NCBI GenBank assembly: GCA_963666275.2 | Contig: CAXXOA010000001.1 | Span: forward strand, 96,001-160,000 | Reading direction: 5' to 3' | From: Oceanispirochaeta sp. | GTDB lineage: Bacteria > Spirochaetota > Spirochaetia > DSM-2461 | Length of the DNA: 64,000 bases | Shown here: piece after piece, positions 38,414 to 49,464 of the stretch | Position numbering within the stretch: position 1 is the first letter of the stretch | Layout: each line of letters begins with the position of its first letter | The notes under the pieces: generated by a model | What the model saw: only the letters and a program-made list of their open reading frames with translations | Databases searched by the model: none | Told to the model about the DNA's origin: nothing | Position numbers and translations under genes: made by a program

Positions 38414-40537
38414 CTACAGGTTGAAGAGCATATCCTCGTAGGAAGGATAAGGCCATCTGGCTTTATCTGTAATCTTTTCGAGGGTATCAGCGCAGGCTCT
38501 CAGCTCATCCATGGCAGGAATAACTTTTTCTCTGTAAGCCTTGGCCTGAACCAGAAGATCCTCTTCCAGTTCCAGAGCAGCTTCAATTTCTTTCAGCAGC
38601 ACGGCATTGGTTTTGATCATACATTCGACCTGACCGTTGATATTGTCCAGCAGAGATTCCTGTGCGGAAGTATCAGCAGTGGGCACAACAGCTTTAATAG
38701 AAGCAATGCCGTCGGCAATGGATTTTGCGTAGTCCATAACTGCGGGAAGGATCATTCTTCCGGCCATTTCATAGGCAACACCGGCTTCGATATTGATCTG
38801 CTTGCTGTAGTTTTCCAGGTAGGTATCGACACGGGAATCCAGCTCTTCCTTGCTGAGTACTTTGTATTTACCCATAAGGGCAACAGAGGATGCGTCGTTC
38901 ATAACAGGCAGGGCTTCTACAGTAGACTTCAGGTTGGGAAGTCCCCGTTTTGCAGCTTCTTCCAGCCAGTCGTCAGAATATCCGTTTCCGTTGAAAACAA
39001 TTTTGCTGTGCGCAGCATAGGTTTCTTTCACAATGGCCTGAATTTCGGCATTGATGTCAGAAGCTTTTTCCAGTCTGGAGGCAAACTCGTCCAGGATTTC
39101 CGCAACAGCTGTGTTCAGTACTACGTTGGGTCCGGCGATGGACTGGGTGGAACCGACCATTCTGAACTCAAACTTGTTACCTGTGAAGGCAAAGGGTGAG
39201 GTTCTGTTTCTGTCGGTCATATCCATGGGGAGGTCGGGAAGAGAAGTGGCTCCGATTACCATTTTCTTACCGTCTTTTGCTTCCACAGTTTTACCGGCAG
39301 CCAGTTTTTCCATGATGTCAGTCAGCTGATCACCCAGGAAGATGGAGATAACAGCGGGAGGAGCTTCATTGGCTCCCAGTCTGTGATCGTTTCCGGAGCT
39401 GGCAGCGGATGCTCTCAGCAGGGCTGAGTATTTATCTACCGCTTTGATGGTGGCAACACAGAAAAGCAGGAACTGGGCGTTCTGGTGAGGAGTATCGCCG
39501 GGGTTCAGTAGGTTGATGCCGTCGTCGGTAGCGATAGACCAGTTGTTGTGTTTACCGTTTCCGTTAACACCTGCAAAGGGCTTCTCATGAAGAAGACAGG
39601 CCAGACCGTGTCTGTCTGCAATCTTTTTCATCATTTCCATGGTGATCTGGTTCCAGTCAGTTGCCACGTTGGCTGAAGAGTAGATAGGAGCCAGCTCAAA
39701 CTGGTTGGGAGCCACTTCGTTGTGCTGTGTTTTTGCACTGATTCCCAGTCTCCACAGCTCTGTATTGAGTTCTCTCATGAAATCGGCGACTCTCTCTTTG
39801 ATAGCACCGAAGTAGTGGTCATCCAGTTCCTGTCCTTTGGCGGACATGGTTCCGAAAACAGCTCTTCCTGTCAGTTTCAGGTCAGGTCTTTTCAGGAAAT
39901 ATTCTTTGTCGATCAGGAAGTATTCCTGCTCGGGTCCTACAGAAGATACCACTTTTTTGGAAGTAGTATTTCCCATAAGTTTCAGAATCCTCATTGCCTG
40001 GTCGCTGACAGCGTCCATAGAGCGGAGAAGAGGAGTTTTCTTATCCAGAGCTTCTCCTGTATAGGATACGAAAGCTGTGGGAATTGTCAGTGTCAGTCCT
40101 GTGTTATCCACTTTCAGGAAGGCGGGTGATCCGGTATCCCATGCGGTATAACCACGGGCTTCAAAAGTCTGTCTCAGTCCGCCGTTGGGGAATGAAGACG
40201 CATCGGGTTCTCCCTGAATCAGTTCTTTACCGGAGAATTCCATCAGAACGGTTCCGTCGCCGACAGGGGCTATGAAAGAGTCGTGTTTCTCTGCGGTAAA
40301 ACCTGTAAGAGGCTGGAACCAGTGTGTGAAATGGGTAGCGCCCTTTTCAATGGCCCAGTCTTTCATGGCAGCTGCGATAACTTCTGCTACTTCCAGAGAA
40401 AGCTCGATTTCTCCGGTCTGTACTTTCTTGAATTCTTTGAAGACTGATTTAGGCAGTCTCTGTTTCATTACTGCTTCGGAGAAGCAGTACTCACCGTAAA
40501 TTGATTCCAGCGGTGTTTCTGAATAATTAATGCTCAA
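38414..40537 (-). CDS. glnA: Glutamine synthetase type III
   Basis: [52 protein letters not shown] and [18 protein letters not shown] motifs. Likely TTG start at 40537 with AAGGAG RBS. Confidence 0.95.
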   Translation of the reverse strand: MSINYSETPLESIYGEYCFSEAVMKQRLPKSVFKEFKKVQTGEIELSLEVAEVIAAAMKDWAIEKGATHFTHWFQPLTGFTAEKHDSFIAPVGDGTVLMEFSGKELIQGEPDASSFPNGGLRQTFEARGYTAWDTGSPAFLKVDNTGLTLTIPTAFVSYTGEALDKKTPLLRSMDAVSDQAMRILKLMGNTTSKKVVSSVGPEQEYFLIDKEYFLKRPDLKLTGRAVFGTMSAKGQELDDHYFGAIKERVADFMRELNTELWRLGISAKTQHNEVAPNQFELAPIYSSANVATDWNQITMEMMKKIADRHGLACLLHEKPFAGVNGNGKHNNWSIATDDGINLLNPGDTPHQNAQFLLFCVATIKAVDKYSALLRASAASSGNDHRLGANEAPPAVISIFLGDQLTDIMEKLAAGKTVEAKDGKKMVIGATSLPDLPMDMTDRNRTSPFAFTGNKFEFRMVGSTQSIAGPNVVLNTAVAEILDEFASRLEKASDINAEIQAIVKETYAAHSKIVFNGNGYSDDWLEEAAKRGLPNLKSTVEALPVMNDASSVALMGKYKVLSKEELDSRVDTYLENYSKQINIEAGVAYEMAGRMILPAVMDYAKSIADGIASIKAVVPTADTSAQESLLDNINGQVECMIKTNAVLLKEIEAALELEEDLLVQAKAYREKVIPAMDELRACADTLEKITDKARWPYPSYEDMLFNL

Positions 40538-40586
40538 GACTTTCTCCTTGAATATAAATTGCTTGTATAATATTTGCATATAAATA

Positions 40587-40604
40587 ATGCATTTTCTATG
40601 CCAA
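40587..40604 (-). promoter_or_regulatory. sigma54 (-24/-12) promoter of glnA
   Basis: Minus strand TTGGCATAGAAAATGCA: GG-N10-GC. Confidence 0.8.
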
Positions 40605-40822
40605 AATTAGAAAAAGCTGCCTGTGTGAAAGTTAAGTCTATTTATTATATGAAAATAGTCTGTTTTGTTAAGTTTGCATAATAGAGTTGTATGATCAGGG
40701 AATTTCATAATATCACATTAATGTATAAAAATATTTAAAAAATCACACATTTGTAGGCAAATGCTTCTAAAAGGGAGAAAAAAAGGCCCGGTTCAACCGG
40801 ACCTTTTCTCTGTAAATGGGGT

Positions 40823-41164
40823 TTAGCCGATAGCGGCTTCGCCTCTTTCTCCGCTTCTGATTCTGATGGAATCTTCAATGGGAAGTATAAAAATCTTTCC
40901 ATCTCCGATTTCACCGGAACGGGCTCCGCGGATAATGGCATCAACGGTGGGCTGTACAAACTTGTCAGTTACCGCGATTTCAATTCTGATTTTTTTCAGA
41001 AGGTTCACTTCCACATCTACACCACGGTAGGTTTCTGTATAACCCATCTGCTGACCGCATCCAAGAGCATTGGTTACAGAAATCTTGTGGATTTCATCTT
41101 TAAACAGTTCCTGTTTTACTGCATTCAGTTTTTCAGGCTGTATATAGGCAACAACTAATTTCAT
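40823..41164 (-). CDS. glnK: Nitrogen regulatory protein P-II
   Basis: T-loop YRG, KIRIEIAV, G.IGDGKIF, IRIRSGERG; follows amtB. Confidence 0.93.
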   Translation of the reverse strand: MKLVVAYIQPEKLNAVKQELFKDEIHKISVTNALGCGQQMGYTETYRGVDVEVNLLKKIRIEIAVTDKFVQPTVDAIIRGARSGEIGDGKIFILPIEDSIRIRSGERGEAAIG

Positions 41165-41236
41165 TTAAAGGATCTCCTTGTTAGGTTTTTCCGGGGGCGA
41201 TTAAACCTGCCCCCTGGTTAGTTCTTCTTGTCCGAA

Positions 41237-42547
41237 TTACATATTCTGGAAAATCTGGAAACCTGAGTAGGATTCCATTCCGTGTTCTTCGATGTCCAGA
41301 CCTCTCATTTCTTCTTCTACAGATACTCTCAGTCCGACAGTTTTCTTGATAATCATGAACAGAAGACCGGTAGTTACGGTAACCCATACGAATACGGCTA
41401 CAATACCCAGTGCCTGAACACCAATCTGACCGCCTCTGGAAAGACCGGATCCGATCATATCGAGATCTCCGAAGATACCTACAGCAAGGGTACCCCATAC
41501 ACCGCAGATACCATGTACAGATACAGCACCGACGGGATCGTCAATGTGGAGAACCTTGTCGATAAACTCAACAGAAGCAACAACCAGGATACCGGCTACA
41601 AGACCGATGATGATGGCAGCACCGTTTCCAACAACCCAACAACCGGCAGTAATACCAACCAGACCTGCAAGAGCACCATTCAGTGACATGGATACATCGG
41701 GTTTTCCGAAAGCAATCCAGGTAGTGAACATAGCGCCGATAGCACCGGCAGCAGCAGCCAGGGTCGTGGTTACAGCAACAGCAGTCATGCTCAGGTCAGT
41801 ACCGGAGAGGGTGGAACCGGCATTGAATCCGTACCAGCCGAACCACAGGATGAATACACCCAGGGCTGCCAGAGGCATGTTGTGTCCCATAATAGCTTTA
41901 ACAGCAACTTTTCCATTTACTTTAACATATTTACCGGTCCGGGGTCCCAGGATGATCGCTCCCATAAGACCTGCCCATGCACCGACAGAGTGAACAACAG
42001 TAGAACCGGCAAAGTCATGGAATCCCATAGCACTGAGCCATCCGCCGTTCCATATCCAGTGACCGGAAATGGGGTAGATCAGACCGGAAATTACAACAGA
42101 GTAGATCAGGTAGGATGAAAATTTTGTTCTTTCAGCCATAGCACCGGAAACAATGGTAGCAGCTGTTGCCGCAAAAACAACCTGGAAGAACCAGTTCATT
42201 GTGTCGCCACTGGCCAGGAAGAAATCACTTGTTCCGATAAAACCGCCTGCAGATTCACCGTACATAAGACCCCAACCGATTGCCCAGTAAAGGATCGCTC
42301 CTGCGGAGAAGTCCATCAGGTTTTTCATAATGATGTTTCCAGCATTTTTAGAACGGGTAAGACCGGTTTCAACCATAGCGAAACCTGCCTGCATAAAGAA
42401 TACCAGAGCTCCGCTCAGGAGCAGCCAGATTGCATCAAAGGCCGCTGAATATAAATCCAGTGAATCAGTAATTTCATCAGCATGTACGCTGACGCTTAAG
42501 AGTAAAGCGAGGATTGTGAAGATCAACATCTTCTTGCTTTTTTTCAT
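41237..42547 (-). CDS. amtB: Ammonium transporter
   Basis: FFMQAGFAMVETG, DFAGSTVVH, LWFGWYGFN, DDPVGAVSVHG and GLDIEEHG motifs. Confidence 0.96.
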   Translation of the reverse strand: MKKSKKMLIFTILALLLSVSVHADEITDSLDLYSAAFDAIWLLLSGALVFFMQAGFAMVETGLTRSKNAGNIIMKNLMDFSAGAILYWAIGWGLMYGESAGGFIGTSDFFLASGDTMNWFFQVVFAATAATIVSGAMAERTKFSSYLIYSVVISGLIYPISGHWIWNGGWLSAMGFHDFAGSTVVHSVGAWAGLMGAIILGPRTGKYVKVNGKVAVKAIMGHNMPLAALGVFILWFGWYGFNAGSTLSGTDLSMTAVAVTTTLAAAAGAIGAMFTTWIAFGKPDVSMSLNGALAGLVGITAGCWVVGNGAAIIIGLVAGILVVASVEFIDKVLHIDDPVGAVSVHGICGVWGTLAVGIFGDLDMIGSGLSRGGQIGVQALGIVAVFVWVTVTTGLLFMIIKKTVGLRVSVEEEMRGLDIEEHGMESYSGFQIFQNM

Positions 42548-42586
42548 TTAGGATACCTCTCCTGTTTTGTGTTCTGCCTATACTAT

Positions 42587-42603
42587 TGCAGGAGTTGTGC
42601 CAA
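42587..42603 (-). promoter_or_regulatory. sigma54 promoter of amtB-glnK
   Basis: Minus strand TTGGCACAACTCCTGCA: GG-N10-GC. Confidence 0.85.
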
Positions 42604-42753
42604 AAATAGAAAAGATGTGAAAAGGGCGGTTTAAATACATATGTATAAATGAAATAAAAAAGATAAAAAAAAGGGGGCCCCCGAGGGACCCCTGTGCAAG
42701 TGTAACTTTTTGGAAAAGTAAAAATACCAAAATGTAGTTAAAACATTCCCTGA

Positions 42754-44310
42754 TTACATATTTGTACGATAATTCTTGTAGTCTATGTCGTATTTCTTGA
42801 CCCGCAGCCCCATTATCCTTTCGGTAATGCCCAGTTTACGGGCTGCTTTTGCCATATTTCCTCTATTGGACTTCAGTGCCTCACTGATCAGTTCCTTTTC
42901 AAGATTGTCCACAGCATCCTGAAGGGTTGTATGAAAGCCCGTATTGGAAGATTCCGCCGATTGAAGGCTGGGAGGAAGATGGTAGGCATGGATCACCTGG
43001 TCTGTACTGAGCAGGGCCGCCCGTTCAATACAGTTTTCCAATTCCCTTACGTTTCCGGGCCAGTGATAGCTCATGATAAGGTCGATGGCGGAACTGGAAA
43101 TCCTTCTGATATGTTTCCTGTTTTTCTTGCTGTACTTTTCGGTAAAAAAATCTGCCAGGAGCATCAGATCAGTTTTTCTTTCTCTGAGAGGGGGTATGTG
43201 TATGGGAAATACATTGAGTCTGTAGTACAGATCTTCCCTGAATGTATTGGCGATGATTTCCTCTTCCAGGTTCCTGTTGGTAGCGGCGATCACTCTTACA
43301 TTAATCTTTATGGTCTCTGAACCGCCGACCCGTTCAATCTCTCTTTCCTGAAGCACCCTCAGGAGTTTCACCTGGGTCATGGGTGTGAGTTCTCCGATTT
43401 CATCCAGAAAGATTGTTCCGCCGTCGGCCATTTCAAACCGTCCTTTCCGGGTGCTCATGGCACCGGTAAAGGCCCCTTTCTCATGTCCGAAGAGTTCGCT
43501 CTCAATTACACTTTCAGGAAGAGCCGCGCAGTTTACCTTTATAAAGGGTTTTTCCGCTCTCAGGCTGTTATAGTGAATCGCGTGAGCCACAAGTTCCTTT
43601 CCGGTTCCGCTTTCTCCTCTGATCAGTACAGTGGCTTCACTTCCCGAAACCTGGGATATAAGATCGAAGACTTCCTGCATGGCCGGTGAATTTCCCACCA
43701 TATTGTCGGGCTGGAATTTATCACGTAATTCCTGCTGCAGGCGGGAGTTCTCCTCCAGAAGCTTCATCTTTTCCTCTTCTGACCGCTGCCGGAGCTTTAC
43801 CGCCCGGGCGATCATACTGGAAACAATAGTCAGCAGCCTCACATCATCATCCAGGTCCATTTCCGCTTTCTGATGAGGACGGTCAACACTGAATGTACCG
43901 ATCACTTCGTTTCCGCTTTTAATGGGAACGCAGATGAAGGAGGTTTTCCTGTTCCGCCTGGCACCTGTTCTGTCCAGAAAGGAGGGTTCATTTTCTATGT
44001 TGGGGATAATCCGTGGCTGACCTGTCTCTACGACTTTACCCGTGATACCCTCACCGATTTTATAGCGCCCTTTCTGCATTTCCGAATCGGAAAGACCATA
44101 GGCCGCTTCAATGGAAAGCTCTCCTGTCTTCCGGTTCAGAAGGGTGATCGTACCCCTTTCCATACCGATGTTTTCAGCCATGGATTCAAGAAGGGGGTAG
44201 GTTACTTCTTTCAGGTCGATATCTTCGTCCAGGATCTGGCTGATTTCGAATAAAAGAGTGAGCTCTTTGATTTTTCTTCTGTAGTGCTTTGAGTTTAATG
44301 CTTCGGACAT
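42754..44310 (-). CDS. GAF-AAA-HTH sigma54-dependent activator (NifA-like)
   Basis: N-terminal [35 protein letters not shown] and [10 protein letters not shown] motifs; Fis-type HTH. Start uncertain (44310-44361). Confidence 0.92.
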   Translation of the reverse strand: MSEALNSKHYRRKIKELTLLFEISQILDEDIDLKEVTYPLLESMAENIGMERGTITLLNRKTGELSIEAAYGLSDSEMQKGRYKIGEGITGKVVETGQPRIIPNIENEPSFLDRTGARRNRKTSFICVPIKSGNEVIGTFSVDRPHQKAEMDLDDDVRLLTIVSSMIARAVKLRQRSEEEKMKLLEENSRLQQELRDKFQPDNMVGNSPAMQEVFDLISQVSGSEATVLIRGESGTGKELVAHAIHYNSLRAEKPFIKVNCAALPESVIESELFGHEKGAFTGAMSTRKGRFEMADGGTIFLDEIGELTPMTQVKLLRVLQEREIERVGGSETIKINVRVIAATNRNLEEEIIANTFREDLYYRLNVFPIHIPPLRERKTDLMLLADFFTEKYSKKNRKHIRRISSSAIDLIMSYHWPGNVRELENCIERAALLSTDQVIHAYHLPPSLQSAESSNTGFHTTLQDAVDNLEKELISEALKSNRGNMAKAARKLGITERIMGLRVKKYDIDYKNYRTNM

Positions 44311-44369
44311 AGATGGATCATACATTTCTGTAGGAACCTGTGCAAGGGAAAAATGGTACATTTGCGTAA

Positions 44370-45131
44370 TTAATAGGCTTCAAAGAGAAAAAAAGGACGG
44401 AAATGTGAAAAAAGAGCCTTTTCGGAGAGAAGAATGGAGGCCAGAAACAGCAGCAGGGTGACAAAATATATCATATCCCTCCGGCAACTCCGGTTTTCGG
44501 GAGGCGTAGCCTCTTCGGAGAAAAGCCTGCTCTCCATGGCATCCGAAAGATCCTCAGCTTTAACAAGGATTCCCTCCAGAAGCGGCGTCCCCAGAAGAAT
44601 CATATTCCTGACCGGGTTTTTCCGGTTCTGACCGCAGCGGGAGTGCATGGCTTCCCGTATTTCTCCTATCTGATCAATGATGAGCGGAATCATAGTGAGG
44701 GTCAAACCCAGGGTTGTACTGATATTCCGGACAGGAAGAAAGGGGATATATTTCAGGATATGATAGACTCCGGAACTGATGGAGAGCGGATCTGTTGTAT
44801 AGGTGAAAATCAGTGCTGCCCAGAGAATAAAGAAGAACCTGGCCGTTTTTGCGGCTCCATTGAGCCAGGATCCGGTTCCCAGACGGTTGAAAATAAGAAT
44901 AATCAGTCCCATGAAAAAGAAGAAAGCCCCTTCCTTCAGAAATGGTCTGATTCTCATGGCTGAACTTCTGTGAAGATAGACAAAAAGCGGGAGCAGGACG
45001 AAAAGACGGTAAAAGCTGACAGGAAGCAGAATCAGGCTGATTCCAAGGAGACCCGCCAGTTTCAGGGGCACAGACATTCTGTGTATCCGGCTGCTGCCAT
45101 GCTGATAGTGAAAAATCAGGGTTTCAGCCAT
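44370..45131 (-). CDS. ECF transporter transmembrane (T) component
   Basis: Hydrophobic; AMHSR and AMESR conserved Arg motifs; in the bioY operon. Confidence 0.85.
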   Translation of the reverse strand: MAETLIFHYQHGSSRIHRMSVPLKLAGLLGISLILLPVSFYRLFVLLPLFVYLHRSSAMRIRPFLKEGAFFFFMGLIILIFNRLGTGSWLNGAAKTARFFFILWAALIFTYTTDPLSISSGVYHILKYIPFLPVRNISTTLGLTLTMIPLIIDQIGEIREAMHSRCGQNRKNPVRNMILLGTPLLEGILVKAEDLSDAMESRLFSEEATPPENRSCRRDMIYFVTLLLFLASILLSEKALFSHFRPFFLFEAY

Positions 45132-45862
45132 GTCATACTCTCAAGGGTGCGCTCTTTTCCCCAGGGACGGCGGATGCCGTAGTCTTCAAGCCGGTCCAGC
45201 AGGGATTCGGGTTTGCCAATGGCACAGATTTCTCCCCGGTTGAGAATGACAAGCTGTGTCGCATGGGCCAGAACTTTTTCAAGGTCGTGGGAGATCAGTA
45301 TGATTGTCCTCCCTTTTCTGTGGAGCGAGACGATATCCTTGAGAATTTCCTGTACACCCGGATAGTCCAGGCCTGTAAAAGGTTCATCCAGAACAATAAT
45401 ACTGGGATCCATGATCAGCACTGCCGCCAGGACCGCCCGACGCTTCTCTCCTCCCGAAAGGGTGTGAGGGCGGCGGTCTTTCAGATGAGTCAGACCCAGT
45501 TCTTCTGTTATTTCGGCTGTCTTTCTTTTGATTGTCTCCCGGGGCCACTTCAGGTTTTCCGGGCCGAAGGCAATATCCGAAGAAACTGTCTGTCCTACGA
45601 TCTGGGCATCCGCATTCTGGAACACCAGGCCGATATTCTGACGGGCTCTGTTCAGGTCCTTATGGATATCCTCTCCCCGGAAGAGAACCTCTCCCTCCTG
45701 GGGTTTTATCAGGCCGTTCAGGTGGCGCATTAGCTGTGTTTTGCCCGAACCGTTCGGTCCGGCAATGACAGTGAATGAACCATCGGGGAATGTTACATTC
45801 ACATCGTTGAGAACTTTTTCGCCTTCCCGGTAGCTTCGACTGAGGCCTCTGACTTCCAGCAT
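45116..45862 (-). CDS. ECF transporter ATPase
   Basis: GPNGSGKT, LSGGEKRR, LDEP and DIAFGPEN motifs. Confidence 0.9.
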   Translation of the reverse strand: MLEVRGLSRSYREGEKVLNDVNVTFPDGSFTVIAGPNGSGKTQLMRHLNGLIKPQEGEVLFRGEDIHKDLNRARQNIGLVFQNADAQIVGQTVSSDIAFGPENLKWPRETIKRKTAEITEELGLTHLKDRRPHTLSGGEKRRAVLAAVLIMDPSIIVLDEPFTGLDYPGVQEILKDIVSLHRKGRTIILISHDLEKVLAHATQLVILNRGEICAIGKPESLLDRLEDYGIRRPWGKERTLESMTWLKP

Positions 45863-45866
45863 GGGT

Positions 45867-46424
45867 TTATTCCGCCTCCAGGAACATCCGGAATCTCTCT
45901 TTCATGGTAAATCCCAGGGCAGCGGCGGCTGCGGCTTTCAGGATATCTCCCGGGATAAAGGGAATCAAACCGATCTGCAGGGCCCTGGTCCACTCCATGG
46001 AAAGTGAGTATTTGAGCCAGGGGAGTCCGGGGATATACACCATGACCGCCCCGATCAGTGCGGCTGCCGCCACCAGAATCCCTTTGAGGGCTAAGGGTGT
46101 TTTTTTGCTGCTTCTGTAGAGAAGACCCGCTGTGACTGAGGCGAGGAGATAGCCTATCAGGTACCCTCCTGTAGGTCCGGCAAGGACCGCAAACCCTCCG
46201 GCTCCTCCCGCAAAAACTGGAAGTCCCAGGACTCCCAGCAGAAGATACATGCCCACACTGTAAAGACCGATCAGTGCCCCGCCTAGGAGGCCGCTCAAAA
46301 GGACAAAAAAGGTGGTCAGTACAATAGGTACGGGCCCGATGGGAATAGCGATGTAGGCTCCCGCGGCAATCAGGGCTGTGAACACAGCGGTCAGGACTGT
46401 TGTTCTTATCTGTTTTTTATTCAT
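45867..46424 (-). CDS. bioY: Biotin transporter S component
   Basis: PVPIVL, GLPVFAGG, GPTGGYLIG and PFIPGDILK motifs. Confidence 0.93.
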   Translation of the reverse strand: MNKKQIRTTVLTAVFTALIAAGAYIAIPIGPVPIVLTTFFVLLSGLLGGALIGLYSVGMYLLLGVLGLPVFAGGAGGFAVLAGPTGGYLIGYLLASVTAGLLYRSSKKTPLALKGILVAAAALIGAVMVYIPGLPWLKYSLSMEWTRALQIGLIPFIPGDILKAAAAAALGFTMKERFRMFLEAE

Positions 46425-47230
46425 ACAGTTCTCTCCATTTTTTTCTGTATTTTCTCTTTTACCGTTTCCGGTGGAAGCTTCAGTATTTCTTCCCAGATCT
46501 CACTGAACCGTCTGATAAACTCCTTCCGGAGGATCTTCCGGCCGGTGAGATCTGAAATTGAGAAGAGCGGCGGCTGTTCAGATTCCACTGCGGCAGGCCC
46601 GTTGTCATTCAGGTGGATTCCTATTCCCAGTATGTACCAGAGGATTCCTTTTCCCCGTACCCTGTAGTCTTCCAGAATCCCCCCCACTTTTTTTCCTTTC
46701 AGGAGGATATCCCCGGGAGGACAAAAGCTGAGGCCTTCCATCCCGCAGGCTTCCAGAGTTTCAAGGGCAGCCATGGCTCCCCTCAGGGGAATTATCTCAG
46801 CCTCTGAAAGGGGCAGGGCTCTGTTCAGAACACAGGACATATAGATGCCTCCTTCCGGAGAAGACCAGTTGTCACCGGTCCTGTTTTTACCGGCCATCTG
46901 ATGATCCGCCAGAATAATATAGTCTCTGCTGTTCTCTTCTCCCTGAAGAATCTTACGGCCTGCCTCATCCATCGTGGATTCAAGCTCCCTGTAGAAATGG
47001 ATTTTCTCATCCTTATAAAAATCCAGGGCAGAGAGATTGTCTTTGACCCCTGCAATCCGGTAGCCTCTGGGACCGGACTGTATCGGGTACCCTTCCTCCC
47101 TGAGAATTTTGATATGTTTCCAGACTGCTACCCGGCTTATCCCGATCCGACCGCTCAAAGACTCTCCCGAGACCCAGCCGTCTGTTTTCTGCAGAGCAGT
47201 CAGTACGGATGATCTTTTATTGTTAACCAT
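46421..47230 (-). CDS. birA: BirA-like biotin repressor/ligase (HTH plus BPL domain, degenerate motifs)
   Basis: VSGE.L...GISRVAVWKHI..LR..GY HTH; STMD, W.SP.GG.Y.S and KVGGIL motifs. Confidence 0.8.
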   Translation of the reverse strand: MVNNKRSSVLTALQKTDGWVSGESLSGRIGISRVAVWKHIKILREEGYPIQSGPRGYRIAGVKDNLSALDFYKDEKIHFYRELESTMDEAGRKILQGEENSRDYIILADHQMAGKNRTGDNWSSPEGGIYMSCVLNRALPLSEAEIIPLRGAMAALETLEACGMEGLSFCPPGDILLKGKKVGGILEDYRVRGKGILWYILGIGIHLNDNGPAAVESEQPPLFSISDLTGRKILRKEFIRRFSEIWEEILKLPPETVKEKIQKKMERTV

Positions 47231-47251
47231 CTATGAATCAGAAGGTTAACG
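47221..47251. promoter_or_regulatory. BirA operator
   Basis: TGTTAACC-N15-GGTTAAC inverted repeat overlapping the birA start; matches the known BirA-box architecture. Confidence 0.8.
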
Positions 47252-47315
47252 AAGGAGGCAAAAAAAATCAAGACTTCCCGGGAAATACGCGGAATTTTCC
47301 CGGGGGAGTCCTGCA

Positions 47316-49154
47316 TTAATCGCCGATTTTAAAGCTGTCGATCATCTCAGCCAGTTTTTCAATCCCTTTGCTGTTCTCCTCGCTCAGATGATGGACATCC
47401 TGCATGGATTCCATTATCTCCCGGGATCCCAGGCCTATCTCATTGATGCTTCCCGAAACATTGTGTGTTACATCCCTGATTGTTTTTATTGATTTTTTAA
47501 TTGTTCCCGAACTCCGGGTAATCTCTTCGGAGGATCCTTTGATATTCATGGTTACGCTGTTGAGCTGTTCCGACGAGTGGACAATTTCATTACTGGATGC
47601 GGAGAGTTCCTCCATGCTCCGGTTTATCTCATTCAATGCTCCAGTTAGATCGTTAAGACCTGCCGACATCTCCCTGACTGCTGAGTAGCTGTCAGAACTG
47701 GCACTCATGGCCGTTTCAATCTCCTGGGAGATTGTCTTGAGAGTGCTGTCAATCTGATAGGCGTTCTGTGACGTGGATTCTGCCAGGGTTCGAATCTCTT
47801 CGGCCACCACGGCAAATCCCTTGCCGGCTTCTCCCGCATGGGCGCTTTCGATGGCCGCATTCATGGAAAGAATATTTGTCTGGTCGGAAATATCGTTGAT
47901 GATCTTTGTAATTTCCATAATGCTTTTCACGCTTTTGGATACTTTTTCAATGATCCTGTGGGATTCCTGTACTTTTTCCTCCCCTTCGCTAAGGTTTTCC
48001 AGGAGGCGGGAGGAACTTTCTTTTCCCCGTCCGGTCAGGCTGGTGACATTGTTTACAGACGATGAGATCTGATGAATTGCCGCAAGGTTGGATTCAAAGT
48101 GTTTGAACTGGGCCCTTATATTTTCATCAAGCTGTTCTATCTGAAGAGAAATCTGACTGATCGATGTATCTGTTTTGTCAGAATCGCTCTGGAGAGATTC
48201 TATGAGCCGTTCCAGGCTTGCTATATTCCGGGTTATTTCCTCAAGAGCTGCCAGAGACTGGGCTGTTCCCGATGCCAGAGACTCTTTCAGGTTTCTGGTC
48301 TGATCGGAAACTGTCATAACCTCCCTGACAAAGAGAGTCAGTGAGGAGGATACATTATTCATATTCCGCCCCAGTTCCCGGATCTCATAGCTGCCTTTCA
48401 GATCTGTCTGTATAGAGAGATCCTTACGGGAGAGACTGTTCATGGACTCAACCAGATTGTTCATGCTTCCTGTTATCTTCCTGCTGAAAATCAGTATGTA
48501 AATAATGGAAATAACTGTTATAAGAGCTATCTGAAGGATCATCTGGAGCATGGTGATCCGGTAATGGAATTCTGTATATTCAATAATCGTCCCTTCCAGG
48601 GTCCGCAGATTGCCGTTGATAGTGGAAACCCACTGTCCGGCTTCTTTTATGGCTGTCTCCAGACTGTTTAAATTGTCTTTCCATCGGGGGATCTCAGAGT
48701 CTTTGTGGCTGTTGAAGAAACGGAATATCCCGCTGTATCCCAGAAGCGACAGAAATTCACTGTCCTGGAGCATCTGCTCCATGGCTGATTCCACCGGGGG
48801 GAGATAGGTTTCCGACATACCTGCTGCACTCAGGAAAGAGGAGATGGATCTTTCCACGCTGTCTGTAAGGTTCAAAGAGTCCGCCTGATCAGCCAGATCG
48901 GATATTCTGAGATTAAAATCTTCGACAGCCGAATTCCAGTCTCTCCGAAGGGTTTCCAGCTGGTTCCGTTCCACAAGGATGCTTAAAGTCCGGCTTTCCA
49001 GATTATTGCTGCTTGATGTTGCCAGGGTGGTCATCTGCATCAGTTTCTGTACTTCCCTTAGCGTGCCGAGCTGGAGAAATATCAGGGAGAAAGATATTGT
49101 AAAAAGCAGAATCACAATTAGTGTATTCAGTAATAATTGCGTTTTCAGTTTCAT
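47316..49154 (-). CDS. Methyl-accepting chemotaxis protein
   Basis: Two TM segments, HAMP, and [35 protein letters not shown]. Confidence 0.93.
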   Translation of the reverse strand: MKLKTQLLLNTLIVILLFTISFSLIFLQLGTLREVQKLMQMTTLATSSSNNLESRTLSILVERNQLETLRRDWNSAVEDFNLRISDLADQADSLNLTDSVERSISSFLSAAGMSETYLPPVESAMEQMLQDSEFLSLLGYSGIFRFFNSHKDSEIPRWKDNLNSLETAIKEAGQWVSTINGNLRTLEGTIIEYTEFHYRITMLQMILQIALITVISIIYILIFSRKITGSMNNLVESMNSLSRKDLSIQTDLKGSYEIRELGRNMNNVSSSLTLFVREVMTVSDQTRNLKESLASGTAQSLAALEEITRNIASLERLIESLQSDSDKTDTSISQISLQIEQLDENIRAQFKHFESNLAAIHQISSSVNNVTSLTGRGKESSSRLLENLSEGEEKVQESHRIIEKVSKSVKSIMEITKIINDISDQTNILSMNAAIESAHAGEAGKGFAVVAEEIRTLAESTSQNAYQIDSTLKTISQEIETAMSASSDSYSAVREMSAGLNDLTGALNEINRSMEELSASSNEIVHSSEQLNSVTMNIKGSSEEITRSSGTIKKSIKTIRDVTHNVSGSINEIGLGSREIMESMQDVHHLSEENSKGIEKLAEMIDSFKIGD

Positions 49155-49464
49155 TTCAGTACCTGTATTATGATTTTTGTAATGATTCTTATCCTAGATG
49201 AGGTTTTATTATGTGTAAACGTAAAAAATTTGAAATAGGAAAAAATGCTTCAATAAATGAAAGAAATCATGACCTTTTTGTACAATAAGGTATAAAGAGC
49301 ATTTTCAGAAGGATGCTTCTCCCACACATTTTCTGTTTTTTGGCACTTATTAGATTATGAACTATCCTTGAATTCACAGGAGCTTCTGTGGTTCACAGTG
49401 TAAAACTTTGATAAATTCTTTAAAAAAATATCACTTTTAGTTCTAAAAGGTGTTACAGGTTTAT

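Noticed and set aside
42754..44310. Nitrogen fixation (nifA) assignment
   Set aside because: No nif structural genes in the window; the context is ammonium assimilation, so only 'NifA-like' is claimed.
49338..49358. sigma54 promoter upstream of the Omp85-like gene
   Set aside because: TTGGCAC is present but there is no GC at the -12 position.
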